Shown: piece after piece, positions 7,627 through 17,474 of the stretch
How positions within the stretch are numbered: position 1 is the first letter of the stretch
Layout: every line of letters starts with the position of its first letter
Assembly (NCBI GenBank): GCA_023145955.1
Contig: JAGLDA010000004.1
Coordinates: 1 to 53,638 of the forward strand
Length of the DNA stretch: 53,638 bases
Origin: Bacteroidales bacterium
GTDB taxonomy: Bacteria > Bacteroidota > Bacteroidia > Bacteroidales > UBA1556
Direction of reading: 5' to 3'
The notes under the pieces: model-generated
Told to the model about the DNA's origin: nothing
Seen by the model: the letters and a program-made list of their open reading frames with translations, nothing else
Databases searched by the model: none
Translations under genes and position numbers: made by a program

Positions 7627-10600
7627 TTACGAAATAACCTCCACCTCACTTACACCATTACTACGTTTATTAACCCTAATTTGGGTAGAAATCCTATCCT
7701 TTAAACTATCAACATGAGAGATTATGCCAATAATTTTGCCACTGGATTGTAAGGTTTCTAATGTGGAAATTATTGTTTCCAATGTATTACTATCAAGTGT
7801 TCCAAAACCTTCATCAATAAACAATGAATTTATTTGCACATTACGACTTGCCAAATCAGATAATCCCAATGCCAGAGCTAGGCTAATTATAAACTTCTCG
7901 CCACCGCTACTAGTATCCACATATCGCTCTTGGTCAGTTTGATAATGGTCAATTAACTTAAAATCAAGCTCTTCTTTTTTTACATACGTTGGGTTCAGTT
8001 TTAACGAATAGCGATCGTTTAACTTCAGCAAATGAAGATTTGCTCTGTTTATTAAATTCTGAAGAGTGAGTCTTTGCACATAAGTATTAAAAGCATGTTT
8101 TGAACCACCCAAAACTTCAATAAGCTTTTCCCATTTGCTAACTTCCTTTTGTTGAGCATTAATTTCATCAGTTATGGACTTATTTCTATTACGAATATTT
8201 GTATCCATCTCAAATTTAGATCGCAACTCTCCTACTCTTTCCATCTTAATATCCTCTTCAGCTTCTTTAGACTGCAATTGTGTGCCCACTTCTTCTTTAG
8301 TTTCTACAAAGTTTTTATGTTCCAAATGTGTTTTACTATTTTGTTTCAAATCACTATTTGCAGCATTTAGTTTTATTTGTTCTTCCTCAATACTATTTTG
8401 TATTTTCTCAAAAGTTTCCTTATCACCATCAGAGAGTATAGCTTCTGTTACTTCTTCTTTAGTATTAAAAATAGATTTTTCAAGTATTAAAGCAAAGTCA
8501 TTATTAGCTATTTGTGCTTCTCTACTTAGACTCTCTCTTTGTCGGCCATTACTACCAATCTCTGTTTGCTTAGTTGTTATATCTGTTTTTATATTTTGAT
8601 GTTCTAGTTTAGCCTTTTCCAGAATACTACTATAATTATCAATACTTGCTTGCAATTCGTCTCGCTTTTCAGCAACACTTATATCACTAGGTAAAAGCAC
8701 ATTTCTACTTATATTTGTATCAGACCATAGAGTCGTATCTTCAGAAATTTTATTCTTTATTTTTGTAAGCTTTATATTTTTTTCTTCTAAAACATTCCTT
8801 AAAGATTTTAGCTCTATTCCTACACTAGAGATAGAACTCTGAATAGTTTGCTGTGAGGCTCTCTTAGTATTATACTCCGAAACCTTGCTCTCCAATTCGC
8901 TAATAAAATGTGAGAATAATTCAACAGGAGGCAGTTCCAAATCAAATTCGAATAACGCTAATTGTAGAGTAGTTTCTAACTGTTCTAATTCAACTTCAGA
9001 ATCTTTTATGCTAGTATCAAACGACAATATTAAACTACTAAAAGTGTTTTGTTTTTCTTGAAATACAAGTATACTATTTTCCAATAAATTTTTGTCAATT
9101 TTATACTTCTCCAATTTATTAAAAACAATATCTCTTTTATCAGAAACCTCTTTTGTTTCACTTATTTTCTGGCTAATAACCTTAACTTCAAATTCTAAAT
9201 CAGTGGATTTTGTTGTTATTGCATCTATATTTTCTATTGTAAAACCAAACTCATTATTAGCAAATAAATTCACTAATTTATCAATAGAATTAGAGGCCAC
9301 TGATATTATATAGTTATTACTTTCTATATTTTTCTCCTCTACAACTATACTAATTTCCAGTTGACTAATTGTCTTTTTAATTATTTCAATCTCCTGTTGT
9401 AGTTTATTAATATTCAGCTGAGACTCGTCAGTATTAACACCACTATACTCCTCTATTGCAGGATGTTCCACTGAACCGCATAATAAACAGGCTTCTCCTA
9501 TTTTAAGTTTTGCTCGCTCATTTTGCAAATTCACTATTTGCTTTTTAAGCTCATAATTTTCTTCTAAAATTACTAATTTTTCATTTTCACGGTTTAAATT
9601 GTTCTTTTGCTCAGATAATAAAACCTTTTGTTTTTCTAACTTAGTTTTACTCTCTCTTAGTAAAACTTCTTGCTGAGTTTTCTCCTTTTGCAAGCGATTG
9701 TTTTCATTAGCAATATTCTTAAATTCATTAACAGAAAGCAGTTGACTATCTAGCTTAGCTTTTTTATTATACAGCTCTGTATATGTGTTTTTATTTATGC
9801 TTAAATCATATTCATTAAGTTCTTTTTTGAGGCTATTAATTTCAACATCTGCATTATTAAATTTTGTTATACAACTTGCTAGCTCTTCACTATTATCCTT
9901 TTTCTTTGCTATTTGTTCACTTCTCTGCTGATTATTTTTAAGTAACAATGAGGATATTTCATTGCGCTGCGATAATTGCAAATTCCACTGAGTAATTCTT
10001 CCAGAAATTAAAGGCAAATTAGAGTTATTAGCTATAAAAGTAGAAATCAATTCCAAATTAAATTTCGCAATGCCCTCTTCGCTTTCTTTAGCAGATATAT
10101 CAATTATAGTCTTGTCAATGGCAACCTGCTCAGCAGCGCTATCCTGCTTGAGATTAAGAATTGCACCTTTTAAAGTTATAAGCTCAGTATCAAACTTATC
10201 TATTCTGCTAAACTTTGGCTGCCATTTTTTAAAACTGGAAGATGAATGTGTATAATTCATATTTGCCTTAGTTTCTCTAAGTTCTACTTCTTTAATTTTT
10301 TCATTTAATAATAATAATTGACGCCCTATTTCTATTTCTTGAATTTTATTAGTATTTATTGAATTCGATACTCTTGTAATATCTTTTAATACATCGGAAA
10401 AAACTTCAGCATATTTATTATTTTCAAGAGCTAATATTTTCTCTTTATTATTTTTAATGGTTTCTTTGAGCCTAATATCTCTAATATTCAAATCAGTAGT
10501 TCTTTGGTCCAACTCATCACTTTTCTTAAACCAACTTACTATTTCTTGCAAACGTTTTATCTCTTTCTGAATTAGTACAACTTCATCCTTAATATACTTA

Positions 10601-11286
10601 TTCTCTGCGTTTAACGCTATCAATTCTTCCTCAGAAAGCAAATCCTCAGAGTTGATTTTGCTCTTAATAGTCATCAGAATACGAACTTCTGCAGACTTCC
10701 TATTTCCGACCTCATCGCCAATACGTTTATAAATATCTTCGCCAGTAATTTGCTCTAGCAGTGCACCTTTTTCTGTATTAGGAGCTGATAAAAATGCCGC
10801 AAACTCACCCTGAGCGAGCATTACCGAACGTAGGAATTGATTATAATTTAGCTGAATAATCTCTTCAATTTTATTTCTAAAAGAAGTAATACTATCAGCA
10901 AGAATTTGCTCAGTACTAAGATTTTTTAAACTAACTTTCTCAACAGGATTAATAACATTACCTTTTTTATCTTTCACTCTAATACTCCAAAAGGCTTCAT
11001 ATACTTCACCTTTATTCTGAAATGTTAATCGTACAAAAGCACCATTAGCTCCATAACTAACAACATCCACAAGCCCAGCCTTAGTACTAGAAACACTAAA
11101 TCTAGGAATTTCGCGATATAGAGCAATAGAAATAGCATCTAAAATAGTTGTTTTCCCTGCTCCTGTTGGCCCCGTAATAGCAAATAAACCAATATTACGA
11201 AATGCCTCAGATGTAAAATCAATAATAATTGGCTCTTGAGTTTTTAAAGAGTTTATATTCTGCAGTTCTATTTTTAATATTTTCAT
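7627..11286 (-). CDS. sbcC: SbcC (Rad50-like) ATPase subunit of the SbcCD nuclease
   Basis: Walker A GPTGAGKTT, long coiled coil with central CxxC zinc hook (EACLLCGS), signature SGGEKF and Walker B LFIDEGFG. ATGA overlap with the sbcD stop. Confidence 0.9.
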   Translation of the reverse strand: MKILKIELQNINSLKTQEPIIIDFTSEAFRNIGLFAITGPTGAGKTTILDAISIALYREIPRFSVSSTKAGLVDVVSYGANGAFVRLTFQNKGEVYEAFWSIRVKDKKGNVINPVEKVSLKNLSTEQILADSITSFRNKIEEIIQLNYNQFLRSVMLAQGEFAAFLSAPNTEKGALLEQITGEDIYKRIGDEVGNRKSAEVRILMTIKSKINSEDLLSEEELIALNAENKYIKDEVVLIQKEIKRLQEIVSWFKKSDELDQRTTDLNIRDIRLKETIKNNKEKILALENNKYAEVFSDVLKDITRVSNSINTNKIQEIEIGRQLLLLNEKIKEVELRETKANMNYTHSSSSFKKWQPKFSRIDKFDTELITLKGAILNLKQDSAAEQVAIDKTIIDISAKESEEGIAKFNLELISTFIANNSNLPLISGRITQWNLQLSQRNEISSLLLKNNQQRSEQIAKKKDNSEELASCITKFNNADVEINSLKKELNEYDLSINKNTYTELYNKKAKLDSQLLSVNEFKNIANENNRLQKEKTQQEVLLRESKTKLEKQKVLLSEQKNNLNRENEKLVILEENYELKKQIVNLQNERAKLKIGEACLLCGSVEHPAIEEYSGVNTDESQLNINKLQQEIEIIKKTISQLEISIVVEEKNIESNNYIISVASNSIDKLVNLFANNEFGFTIENIDAITTKSTDLEFEVKVISQKISETKEVSDKRDIVFNKLEKYKIDKNLLENSILVFQEKQNTFSSLILSFDTSIKDSEVELEQLETTLQLALFEFDLELPPVELFSHFISELESKVSEYNTKRASQQTIQSSISSVGIELKSLRNVLEEKNIKLTKIKNKISEDTTLWSDTNISRNVLLPSDISVAEKRDELQASIDNYSSILEKAKLEHQNIKTDITTKQTEIGSNGRQRESLSREAQIANNDFALILEKSIFNTKEEVTEAILSDGDKETFEKIQNSIEEEQIKLNAANSDLKQNSKTHLEHKNFVETKEEVGTQLQSKEAEEDIKMERVGELRSKFEMDTNIRNRNKSITDEINAQQKEVSKWEKLIEVLGGSKHAFNTYVQRLTLQNLINRANLHLLKLNDRYSLKLNPTYVKKEELDFKLIDHYQTDQERYVDTSSGGEKFIISLALALGLSDLASRNVQINSLFIDEGFGTLDSNTLETIISTLETLQSSGKIIGIISHVDSLKDRISTQIRVNKRSNGVSEVEVIS

Positions 11287-12512
11287 TCTTTGCCCTCTTT
11301 AATAATATTCACTATTTCATTAAAAGCATCGAGGATTTCTTCATTCTCCACCAAATCAAAATTCTGCTCCTTGCATTTTTCTTTAAAAACCTCAATGGGT
11401 GTTAAGTCTTTAATACTATTAGAATCACTAATAATTTTATTTAATCCTACTGTATTTCTTTGGTTTTTATTGGTAACCTTAAGCACCTCAAACTTCAGTC
11501 CTTTCTTATTTAATTCTTCCACCTTATGTTGAATATCAGCAAAGCCTATTTTATTATTTTCAACATTATCAAGAACCACCTCTATCCATGGTGTTAAAGC
11601 AAATTCATTACTCTCTATCCTTTCCAATTTAATTAAGCATTCTTGCAAATTACCCTCTACCTTAGTAATCTCTCTAAACCTTGGTATTTCAAGTTCTATA
11701 ATATTTTTAATAGCATTATTTACAATTTCTATTTCAATAACCTTCTTAGCATAATTGAGCTCACTAAAACTTAAAATATTTGGAGAACCAGAATACCGTA
11801 TTCTAACGTTTTTATCTACAATTTGAGGTCTATGCAAATGCCCTAATGCTATATAATCAAAATCGTGAGGAAAATCTTTTGCAGCAATATCACCTAGGTT
11901 ACCAACATATATGTTTTGCTCACTATCAGAAGGTTGTCCTCCTATTGCAAATAAATGCCCCATGGCAATTTGCGGACAGGATTCCGAATTTATAGAATTA
12001 CAATATTCAGCAGCAGCAGAATAATGATTCATTAAAGCCATACGATAACGCTCCGATATATCATCAAAATTTTCACCAGCAACAGCTCTACGTATATCCT
12101 GATCTCTTAGGTATGGTACTGCAGCAATTATAACTTGCTCTTCAGATATTTGATATTTAAAAACCTCTTCAGATAAATTCTCAGAAGCCCTACCTACCAC
12201 ATCAATAGATAATGCACTTAATAGCTCTTTTGGAGCATCAATTGTACCTGGAGCATCATGATTACCAGCTGTAATAACTATATGCTTACAATTTGTAGCA
12301 TGCAGATTTATCAGGAAGTTATAATACATCTTTTGGCTTTGTGATGAGGGAACACTCACATCAAATATATCACCAGATACAATAAGAATATCAATTCCTC
12401 TCTCTTGAATAATCCCGATTATCCATTCCAAAAAAAGTATTTGCTCTTCTTGCTGCGAGTGCTCATGCAAACGATGCCCTAGGTGCCAATCTGATGTATG
12501 TAAAATTTTCAT
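11283..12512 (-). CDS. sbcD: SbcD (Mre11-like) nuclease subunit
   Basis: MKILHTSDWHLGH, SGDIFD, AGNHD and GHLH metallophosphoesterase motifs, colinear with E. coli SbcD. Confidence 0.9.
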   Translation of the reverse strand: MKILHTSDWHLGHRLHEHSQQEEQILFLEWIIGIIQERGIDILIVSGDIFDVSVPSSQSQKMYYNFLINLHATNCKHIVITAGNHDAPGTIDAPKELLSALSIDVVGRASENLSEEVFKYQISEEQVIIAAVPYLRDQDIRRAVAGENFDDISERYRMALMNHYSAAAEYCNSINSESCPQIAMGHLFAIGGQPSDSEQNIYVGNLGDIAAKDFPHDFDYIALGHLHRPQIVDKNVRIRYSGSPNILSFSELNYAKKVIEIEIVNNAIKNIIELEIPRFREITKVEGNLQECLIKLERIESNEFALTPWIEVVLDNVENNKIGFADIQHKVEELNKKGLKFEVLKVTNKNQRNTVGLNKIISDSNSIKDLTPIEVFKEKCKEQNFDLVENEEILDAFNEIVNIIKEGKE

Positions 12513-12533
12513 TAAGGTGGTTTGTGTTTTAGT

Positions 12534-13178
12534 CTATATGAATAATCCTGCAATTGCAAATATATAAATTGCCATCCAATAAGTTGAAAGAATAAGCACT
12601 TCTGCAAGAGCAAACTTACTAACAAATTTATTATAGGATATTATTGCATCAGAAAAGGAAAATAGCAATGAGCCTATACCCAAAGCAAAATATATTATTG
12701 AAGAATCATATAACAACAAACCTATTGCCTGCCAATTCATTATCATTATTATAGATATATAAATAGCAACAGGTATCTTAAAACTACCAAGATTTTTATT
12801 TATAAATTTAAAATAAAATACTGCAATAGGAATTAAAGCTATTAAAGGTATAAAGTTCCAATTGAAACCAAAAATACTAGCAAAAGCATAGATAAATATA
12901 ATATGGGCAACAAGAAATGATGATAAACCTTGAAGAAAATACTTCTCCGAAATTAAGAATACATCTCCTATTAATGCAGCAATAAGCCCTATAATTATTA
13001 CTAAGGAGTAATTAGATCCATTTGTATAAAAAATTAATATCGCAATTGCTATAATAATAATAGTAGTGAGAGGCTTAAAAATAGCAAATGCTTTTCGCTT
13101 ATTATTGTGTCTTAAATAAATGGATATAGATGCCGAAACAAAAACAAGAAAGCTTAATACTACAAATAATAATGTCAT
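12534..13178 (-). CDS. YhhN-family (lysoplasmalogenase/TMEM86-like) integral membrane protein
   Basis: 214 aa with about 7 TM segments. LIGDVFLI and FSFSDAIISYNKF motifs are typical of the YhhN family. Confidence 0.6.
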   Translation of the reverse strand: MTLLFVVLSFLVFVSASISIYLRHNNKRKAFAIFKPLTTIIIIAIAILIFYTNGSNYSLVIIIGLIAALIGDVFLISEKYFLQGLSSFLVAHIIFIYAFASIFGFNWNFIPLIALIPIAVFYFKFINKNLGSFKIPVAIYISIIMIMNWQAIGLLLYDSSIIYFALGIGSLLFSFSDAIISYNKFVSKFALAEVLILSTYWMAIYIFAIAGLFI

Positions 13179-13240
13179 AATTTGGTTTTATCAGTAAAAC
13201 CCAAAGTTAAGAAATTTATTCTGGTACAAAATAAGTATTT

Positions 13241-13283
13241 TAAAAAAATAAGTCCTATAATTATGGATTTAATTATAGGACTT
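13241..13283 (-). terminator. rho-independent terminator after rlmI
   Basis: Perfect 14-bp stem aagtcctataatta / taattataggactt with a 6-nt loop, followed on the minus strand by ATTTTTTA. Confidence 0.7.
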
Positions 13284-13307
13284 AAAACAGATAGTAATAT
13301 AATAATT

Positions 13308-14492
13308 CTATTCTACGTATAGCACTAATCCTTTAAGGTAAGCACCTTCGGCATGATAAATATTTTGAGGATGATCAGCTGGCTGTGATAAATGGTGCAA
13401 TATTTTCACCTTTCTACCACTATGAATAGCCGCGGCAAGAACTGTGGATTCAAACAATCTACGATCTACAACTTGTGAGCAAGAGAAAGTAAATAATATT
13501 CCACCTGGAGCCATATTCTTAAAAGCAGTAGCATTAAGTCTTTTATATCCTTGCACTGCCTGATGGCGCACTTTTTTATGTTTTGCATAAGCTGGAGGAT
13601 CAAGAATAATAAGCTCATATTTCTCAGGCATATCTTTCATAAAATCCATAGTATCCACTGCAAAGGCATCATGTTTATCCTTTCCAAAGCCATTCAATTC
13701 TACATTTTCGTTTGTCAAGTCTATTGCCTTAGCAGAACTATCAACAGAATGCACTAATGATGCACCTTGTTCCAAGGCATAAATTGAAAAACCTCCAGTA
13801 TAGCAAAAAGTATTTAAAACCTTTCGCCCTTTAGAATATTGCCCAACAAGTTCACGATTATACCTTTGGTCGATAAAAAAACCTGTTTTCTGACCACTAA
13901 CCCAATTAACTTCAAATTTATTTCCATTTTCTAAAGCAACAATAGATTCCTTATCTCCAAAAAGAAACTCGTTTTCTATATCAAAAGCAGTGCTTTTCGG
14001 CAAACTTTCTTTAGATTTTGCATAAATAGTATGAATTCTATCACCATATATCTCTTGCAATATTTTAGCAATATCATGACGCAAAAGATACATACCAATG
14101 GAATGAGTTTGGATGATTGCTGCACCAGCATAAAAATCAATAACCAATCCAGGCAAGTTATCACCCTCTGCAAATATTAATCGGTATATATTTGTCTTGG
14201 CATTATTTATAAGACCAATAGAATCACGCATATTGTATGCAGCAGATATTCTATTTTTATAAAAATCATAATTAATCTCCTCATCAGTAAAACTAAGCAT
14301 ACGTACAGCAATTGATCCATCTTGCCAATGCCCTTGCCCTAGAAATCTATCCTTATTATTGTATACATCTACTATATCACCTTCGTTAGTTTCGCCATAA
14401 GTTTTCTTTATTGCTCCTGAAAAAATCCATGGGTGCTGACGCAATACAGCATCATCTTTCCCTGATTTTAATACGATTTTTGCTTTATTCAT
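13308..14492 (-). CDS. rlmI: PUA-domain class I SAM-dependent 23S rRNA m5C methyltransferase (RlmI-like)
   Basis: The N-terminus MNKAKIVLKSGKDDAVLRQHPWIFSGAI parallels E. coli RlmI. ILDPPAYA is the SAM-MTase motif. The ORF-track start at 14516 is a TTG extension, so the ATG at 14492 is preferred. Confidence 0.75.
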   Translation of the reverse strand: MNKAKIVLKSGKDDAVLRQHPWIFSGAIKKTYGETNEGDIVDVYNNKDRFLGQGHWQDGSIAVRMLSFTDEEINYDFYKNRISAAYNMRDSIGLINNAKTNIYRLIFAEGDNLPGLVIDFYAGAAIIQTHSIGMYLLRHDIAKILQEIYGDRIHTIYAKSKESLPKSTAFDIENEFLFGDKESIVALENGNKFEVNWVSGQKTGFFIDQRYNRELVGQYSKGRKVLNTFCYTGGFSIYALEQGASLVHSVDSSAKAIDLTNENVELNGFGKDKHDAFAVDTMDFMKDMPEKYELIILDPPAYAKHKKVRHQAVQGYKRLNATAFKNMAPGGILFTFSCSQVVDRRLFESTVLAAAIHSGRKVKILHHLSQPADHPQNIYHAEGAYLKGLVLYVE

Positions 14493-14574
14493 AATTCTTG
14501 TTTTGATATTTTGCAAAAGTAAATTTTTTATACTTACAATTGATTTGTATAAATCATTGATTTAATAAAAATGC

Positions 14575-14616
14575 ATAAAAAAAGTGAGTATTCAAGCTTT
14601 TAAGCTAAATACTCAC
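14575..14616 (-). terminator. rho-independent terminator after aspA
   Basis: gtgagtatt..aatactcac stem (14584-14616), extended by agctt/aagct. On the minus strand it is followed by TTTTTTT. Confidence 0.6.
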
Positions 14617-14650
14617 CCTTATCAATATATATATATATATTCAATAAATA

Positions 14651-16054
14651 TTATCTAATAAATGTAGGATTAATCAAATTTTCAAATCTGAATAATTCAT
14701 CCCATTTTTCTTGTGTAACTACTTTACGTTCTTTAACAGCTATATCATGAATAGATTTCTTAGTATCTAATGCCTCCTTAGCAATACTAGAAGATTCTTC
14801 ATAACCAATAATAGGATTAAGAAGAGTAACAATAGCAACACTATTCATCACCTGATTCTTAGTATATTCAGGATTAGCAGTAATTCCATCAACAGCCTTT
14901 TTACGAAGAGTATCGCAAGCTCTTGACAAGAATATTATAGAGTTGAATAGGCTATATGATATTACTGGTTCCATTACATTTAGCTGCAACTGACCAGCTT
15001 CAGCAGCCATAGTAATAGTAGTATCTGCACCAATTACATAAAATGCTACTTGATTCATCACTTCAGGAATTACAGGATTTACTTTTCCAGGCATAATTGA
15101 AGAGCCCGGCTGCATTCTAGGAAGATTAATCTCATTAAAACCGGTTCTTGGTCCCGATGATAATAATCTTAAATCATTAGCTATTTTCGAAAGTTTTACA
15201 GCAGTACGTTTTAGCACTCCCGATAATTGTACATAAGCACCAGTATCGGAGGTTGCTTCAATTAAATCTTCTGCAAGAAATAATGGAGAGCCTGAAAACT
15301 TCACTAAGTATTTGGTTACCAAATCAGGATATTCTTCAGGAGCATTTACTTTAGTACCAATTGCTGTAGCACCCATATTAATTTCTCTAATAAGGTTTTT
15401 AGCACTATCAATACGCCCTAATTCCTCTGCAACAGTATTTGCCCAACCAGTAAATTCAGAGCCCAAGCTCATAGGCACAGCATCTTGAAGCTGAGTACGT
15501 CCCATCTTAAGAACGTCTTTAAACTCGACACCTTTCCTGCGAAAAGCACTGCTTAATCCAGCCAATGACGATTTATAAATGCTCAGACGCTTAAGCAGAG
15601 CAATACGAAACGCTGTTGGATATGCATCATTAGTAGATTGACTACAGTTTACATGATTATTTGGGTGACAATAATCATACTCACCTTTTTTATAACCCAT
15701 TTTTTCAAGAGCTACATTGGCAATCACCTCATTGGCATTCATATTTACCGATGTACCAGCTCCACCTTGAATCAAATCTGTAAGAAATTGATCATGATAT
15801 TTACCATCAAGAATTTCATCACAAGCAAAACAAATTGCATCAGCTATCTTTCTATCAAAAATACCTAAATCAGCATTGGCCATAGCCGCAGCTTTTTTTA
15901 CATAGGCCAACCCTTTTACCATAAATGGCTCAGTATTAATTGGCGTACCAGTGATATAAAAATTATCCATGGCTCGCATAGTTTGGATTCCATAATACTT
16001 GTCATTAGGAATTTCCATTTCACCTATAAAATCATGTTCTGTTCTTGAATTCAT
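14651..16054 (-). CDS. aspA: aspartate ammonia-lyase
   Basis: GSSIMPGKVNPV fumarate-lyase signature. QGGAGTSVNMNANEV and CSQSTNDAYPTAFRIA are colinear with E. coli AspA. Confidence 0.85.
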   Translation of the reverse strand: MNSRTEHDFIGEMEIPNDKYYGIQTMRAMDNFYITGTPINTEPFMVKGLAYVKKAAAMANADLGIFDRKIADAICFACDEILDGKYHDQFLTDLIQGGAGTSVNMNANEVIANVALEKMGYKKGEYDYCHPNNHVNCSQSTNDAYPTAFRIALLKRLSIYKSSLAGLSSAFRRKGVEFKDVLKMGRTQLQDAVPMSLGSEFTGWANTVAEELGRIDSAKNLIREINMGATAIGTKVNAPEEYPDLVTKYLVKFSGSPLFLAEDLIEATSDTGAYVQLSGVLKRTAVKLSKIANDLRLLSSGPRTGFNEINLPRMQPGSSIMPGKVNPVIPEVMNQVAFYVIGADTTITMAAEAGQLQLNVMEPVISYSLFNSIIFLSRACDTLRKKAVDGITANPEYTKNQVMNSVAIVTLLNPIIGYEESSSIAKEALDTKKSIHDIAVKERKVVTQEKWDELFRFENLINPTFIR

Positions 16055-16160
16055 ATCTCAGTATATTGGTTGGTTATATATTGGCAAAAATAAAGATTTA
16101 CACATACAAATCATTATTAAGGACTAACTATTTAACTATAGTACAGTTGATATTTTGCGC

Positions 16161-17321
16161 TTAGTCCTTTATTTCTACTCTTCTTATCGCTCCACTATTT
16201 GGATAAAACTGCACTTTAGTATTTTTAGCTGGCAGATTTGTTACTACTCCAAACTGACTAATCATAAAGCTTACTTCAGCTTTAAGCTCATCGCCTTCCT
16301 TTATTGTAAATTTAGCACTTTCTGGAATACGATAAAAAAGCCCTTTATCAGAATCATCATCAGTTGTGTTTTTTATAAATTTTTCTAAAGTACTCGTTGT
16401 ACGAGCTCTATCTACATGAATATAAACCATTAAACCTTTTTTTATATCATCATTAACAATTCCTTCTTGATTAGAAAATTTAAATAGTGGAATTGAAGCT
16501 GAATATACCTGCGACTCTGGCAAATACGAATATCTATAATGATAAGTATTTCGTTGGGTTACTCCTGTAAACAATTTCATATACTCTTGTTCCATTTTAG
16601 CTAATTCCTCAGCCATATATGATACTGTAGCTCCTGAATAAGCTATTTCTTGTGCTCCAGTTATAATATCTAAGCGCTGTTCTTTTATCTTCATTAGTAG
16701 TTCTGAAGCCTCTTTAGCCTTTTGTTCATACGACTTCTCCACAAAACTTCTTTTTAAATGCATACGCTCAACAGTTACTGTATCCATAATTACCTGCTCA
16801 ACAATAGTATCAATCTTCTCTACTAAATTTGCATCGGCAAAATATTTAAAAGTTTTTGAATAGTCTATATCATTATCCTCTTTCTTTTCTTGCTCTTCTT
16901 TCTCTACCAGGCGATCACTATTGTCATTTAAATCTTGTATTAAACCTGCTTTACTCATACTCATAGTCAACGATTGAGATTTATAACCCCCGTAATTACT
17001 CAAATCAACAAAATAATAATGCTCTGGATCTGGCTCTGAATATGTATTTATTTTAATATCTGACAACTCAAATAAACGAGTATTCGACTGTACTGCATCT
17101 TTAATACCTAGGTATTTTGATGCATAAGCAGCATAAGGTCCAGAGATACGTATTACCTCTTCTACAGTTATATCTATTGTAACAACATTTCTTGGTAATG
17201 AATAATAAAAACCCTCTGAGTTTTCTGGCTTACTATCTTCTGTTACATGTATAACGTTATATGAAGAACATGAACTCAATAAAATTAAAATGGCAAACAA
17301 ACTAATAAGTTCTTTTATCAT
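16161..17321 (-). CDS. hypothetical lipoprotein (Bacteroidota-type, unknown function)
   Basis: MIKELISLFAILILLSSC signal peptide with a lipobox Cys. The ORF-track start at 17348 is TTG, so the ATG at 17321 is preferred. Central acidic/coiled region. Confidence 0.6.
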   Translation of the reverse strand: MIKELISLFAILILLSSCSSYNVIHVTEDSKPENSEGFYYSLPRNVVTIDITVEEVIRISGPYAAYASKYLGIKDAVQSNTRLFELSDIKINTYSEPDPEHYYFVDLSNYGGYKSQSLTMSMSKAGLIQDLNDNSDRLVEKEEQEKKEDNDIDYSKTFKYFADANLVEKIDTIVEQVIMDTVTVERMHLKRSFVEKSYEQKAKEASELLMKIKEQRLDIITGAQEIAYSGATVSYMAEELAKMEQEYMKLFTGVTQRNTYHYRYSYLPESQVYSASIPLFKFSNQEGIVNDDIKKGLMVYIHVDRARTTSTLEKFIKNTTDDDSDKGLFYRIPESAKFTIKEGDELKAEVSFMISQFGVVTNLPAKNTKVQFYPNSGAIRRVEIKD

Positions 17322-17413
17322 AATTATCTGTTTAGAATTATTAAACAAAACTACAAAATATTAAACATGTATTTCAAATATATTTTAATTTTACAAAATA
17401 TCAATTTTTTTTG

Positions 17414-17421
17414 TATATTTG
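17414..17421 (+). promoter_or_regulatory. candidate -7 box TAtaTTTG upstream of the sensor kinase
   Basis: tatatttg lies 54 nt upstream of the ATG at 17475. No clear -33. Confidence 0.3.
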
Positions 17422-17474
17422 GGTGCTCGTAACTAATGACTAAAACAAAAAAAAACAGCTCAAATTACTAAAAG

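Noticed and set aside
8174-8599. 141-aa and other plus-strand ORFs antisense to sbcC. Similar shadow ORFs occur at 16..333, 436..675, 36606..36935, 46016..46288, 50957..51280 and 51932..52486.
   Set aside because: They are Ser/Leu/Ile/Phe-rich mirror translations of Glu/Lys/Asn-rich genes. They are fully nested in strongly supported CDSs and have no independent signals.
7627-12512. SbcC/SbcD considered as part of an SMC-type anti-phage system (Lamassu/Wadjet-like)
   Set aside because: Both proteins are colinear with canonical E. coli SbcCD, with all Mre11 phosphoesterase motifs, the Rad50 zinc hook and an ATGA-coupled pair. There are no extra effector or kleisin-like genes, and the flanks are housekeeping.
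14625-14640. (AT)8 dinucleotide microsatellite, considered as a phase-variation switch
   Set aside because: It lies in the 3-prime untranslated spacer between the aspA stop and its terminator. It is not in a promoter spacer or coding region, so slippage would have no obvious consequence.
16119-16169. aaggactaa / ttagtcctt inverted repeat, considered as terminator of the lipoprotein gene
   Set aside because: It has only a 9-bp stem with a 33-nt loop, one arm overlaps the stop codon, and there is no T-tract.
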